From assembly GCA_963808765.1 (NCBI GenBank), contig CAWEHH010000009.1:16038-80037 (forward strand): a stretch of 64,000 bases of DNA, given 5' to 3'. Below the pieces are notes generated by a model. The model saw nothing but the letters and a program-made list of their open reading frames with translations. It made no database searches and was not told where the DNA came from. The position numbers and the translations under genes are program-made. Each line of letters opens with the position of its first letter. The first letter of the stretch is position 1. Positions 62,486-64,000 of this stretch are shown in pieces. This stretch comes from an uncultured beta proteobacterium. Its GTDB lineage: Bacteria; Pseudomonadota; Gammaproteobacteria; Burkholderiales; SG8-41.

Positions 62486-62719
62486 TTAGGATTCCTCGTT
62501 GCTCTTATCCTGACTGTTTCGCGTTGCATCAGGCTCTTCGTTCTTATGAAAGAACGACTTAATCTTGTGGATTATGCCTCTCCAGAAAATAGAAACGCCG
62601 ATAGCTGCTGCCGCAAGCGCCTGCAACACGACGCTGCCCACGCCCGGATCCAGATAAGCATGGGCTGGTGCGGAGACGAGAAAAAGCAGGATGAGGGAAT
62701 GTAGAACAACGCGTTTCAT
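62486..62719 (-). CDS. Small membrane protein (77 aa), function unknown
   Basis: Signal-like N-terminus MKRVVLHSLILLFLVSAPAHA, AYLDPGVGS motif, second hydrophobic helix, charged tail. About 50% GC by eye. Confidence 0.5.
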   Translation of the reverse strand: MKRVVLHSLILLFLVSAPAHAYLDPGVGSVVLQALAAAAIGVSIFWRGIIHKIKSFFHKNEEPDATRNSQDKSNEES

Positions 62720-62722
62720 GAA

Positions 62723-64000
62723 TCACCTCCGAATAAGCCAATAAAGCGCGCGTGTGGTGTTTTCTATCGGGTGAACTGCTCGTATCGTGAACAAGTCGGC
62801 CAGCGCTCGCTCGAATTCGGGCTGCGTATAGCCTGAGAAGATGTCTTCCCGATTCATCAGCAGTCTTTGGACCTGGAAATCGCTCTTGTCGGGGAACTCG
62901 ACGATCCAATCTGGCGCAATGCTGGCCAGCATGGAAAAGATCTTTGCCCACGGGGTGTTGTTTCCGATAGCCAGATGATGCACCAACGCCAACGCGAGCC
63001 CCATATCCGGCTTGAAGCGCTCAAACAGCGAAGAACGTTCCTCCAATTGCCAGCCCAGCCGCGGGCTCGGCTGCGTCAGGTCCTGCACAATAGGCACTAT
63101 CGTGTCGACGCGATCGCGCTTGCACTGCAGGTAGTTCTTTTCCACAGCGACCGGGTCGATATCGATGGCAATTACCTTTTCCGCAAACTCGGCGGCGAGA
63201 CGGCTGAATGTCCCGTCATTGGCGCCCAAGTCGCAGACACAAGACGGCCCGGCCGCCCGCAACCATCCTGCGATCACGTCTTTCTTTTGCTGCAGTTGCC
63301 CTGAGGTATAGTTCGTAGCGCTATAGTAATCGCCCCATTCCGTGGAGGCGTCCGGCATGCGCAATTCGGATATGAACACGCGCAGGCCTTCAATCAGCCT
63401 GCATTGCGCCTTGAATGAAAGGCGCGCTTCTACCTTCCGCCTGGATGAACTGTATTTTTTCCGTGCATGCCCGTGCAAATGGACATGCAACAACACCCCA
63501 AGGCTGAACCAAGTGGTTCTGGGGAGTAAGGTTGACGCGAGGTCCAGGGGAATCCCATCCAGATTGCTCTGCAAAAGTTTTTGCAGGCGGAGATCTTTAT
63601 AGGCCATCAAACACAACGGGGCAAGAAAGTGCATGCAGAATTGTCCATAGGCCTGCCAGGGCGCGTCTTGTTTCAAGGTCATAAAGGACAAGGTGTCAAT
63701 GAAGATAGGTTTCCCCGCGTGCCACCCCACGTTAAAGGCGCTTGCATCCTTCAGAGTCATGCCGTGCCGTAGCGCGATCGTCTGAACGCTTAATGTCAGC
63801 AGCGCTGCATCCCTGAGTTGCGAAAAGCTCCATTCATAACTGTACATTCATGTCCGCCAGGATCCCGGGCCGGATGGCAAATGCGTAACCCTCCGGCAGA
63901 GCCACTTCCGCATGCCGGTGCGGCACCATGAGGCGCTCTTCTGTCAAAGCCGCATACAGTCCGCTACTCATCATCAGATCATAGTCGGCCCGATACGATG
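62723..64000 (-). pseudogene. Large SAM-dependent methyltransferase (NoeA-like family, assignment from memory), one frame break, 5' end outside window
   Basis: ORF 62723-63847 (YSYEWSFSQLRDAALLTL, LKDASAFNV, CDLGANDG). An upstream frame at 63848-64000 continues the same family (SGLYAALTEERLMVPH...IRPGILAD). Break near 63850. Confidence 0.7.

Noticed and set aside
62214-62489. The plus-strand 91-aa ORF (…RIEREIKRLRKVTDFDRNDRSRD…ELPRFRYELPSD…) between the methyltransferase and the small membrane gene, as a possible recombinase or IS remnant marking the islet.
   Set aside because: I can name no diagnostic transposase or integrase motif in it. Its N-terminal part is antisense to the methyltransferase start. 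The evidence is too weak to call.
61280-64000. A prophage, integrative element or defence island at the low-GC end.
   Set aside because: No integrase, tRNA, phage, restriction, toxin-antitoxin or nuclease/ATPase defence-type genes are visible in the 2.7 kb available. Only methyltransferases without a nuclease partner are present. They look like small-molecule or lipid methyltransferases rather than DNA methyltransferases, with no DPPY/NPPY-type or cytosine-5 motifs seen.

Overview
This is a high-GC stretch of proteobacterial chromosome; GC was judged by eye and not computed. The gene content fits a Burkholderiales-type betaproteobacterium. It holds seven Bug/TctC-family periplasmic receptors plus one remnant, and two tctA/tctB permease sets, one of them with its own tctC.

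Most of the window is organic-acid and acyl-CoA catabolism. Recognisable products are an Old-Yellow-Enzyme/dienoyl-CoA-reductase-like protein, a crotonase, an acyl-CoA dehydrogenase, an ADP-forming acyl-CoA synthetase, a CaiB-type CoA-transferase, two MmgE/PrpD paralogues, two isocitrate-lyase/PEP-mutase paralogues and a LeuCD-like dehydratase. There is also an SRPBCC-UbiD-CoxMSL molybdenum hydroxylase cluster, a YdiJ-like FAD/Fe-S oxidoreductase, a class V aminotransferase, a peptide-type ABC importer, a haloacid dehalogenase and a dienelactone hydrolase.

Housekeeping patches are interspersed: dapE; purE-purC-tsaC; an EVE-domain gene with 6S RNA, zapA and a zapB-like gene; a cobalamin riboswitch with a TonB-dependent receptor; and msbA. 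The last ~2.6 kb is visibly lower in GC and carries two SAM methyltransferases and a small membrane protein.

I count roughly 40-45 single-base reading-frame breaks (manual count, not exhaustive). They also hit essential genes (purE, purC, tsaC, msbA). Where I checked, they sit at short G/C runs, so most are probably indel errors rather than true pseudogenes.

I found no rRNA, tRNA, CRISPR array, transposase, integrase, phage gene or recognisable defence system, and no coherent multi-gene 'new system' that I can defend. The most unusual signals are:
- several families of short structured intergenic repeats, two of which also sit in-frame inside the YdiJ-like gene;
- the UbiD plus Mo-hydroxylase cluster;
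- an orphan protein with a caspase-like His/Cys arrangement;
- the low-GC methyltransferase islet at the window end.
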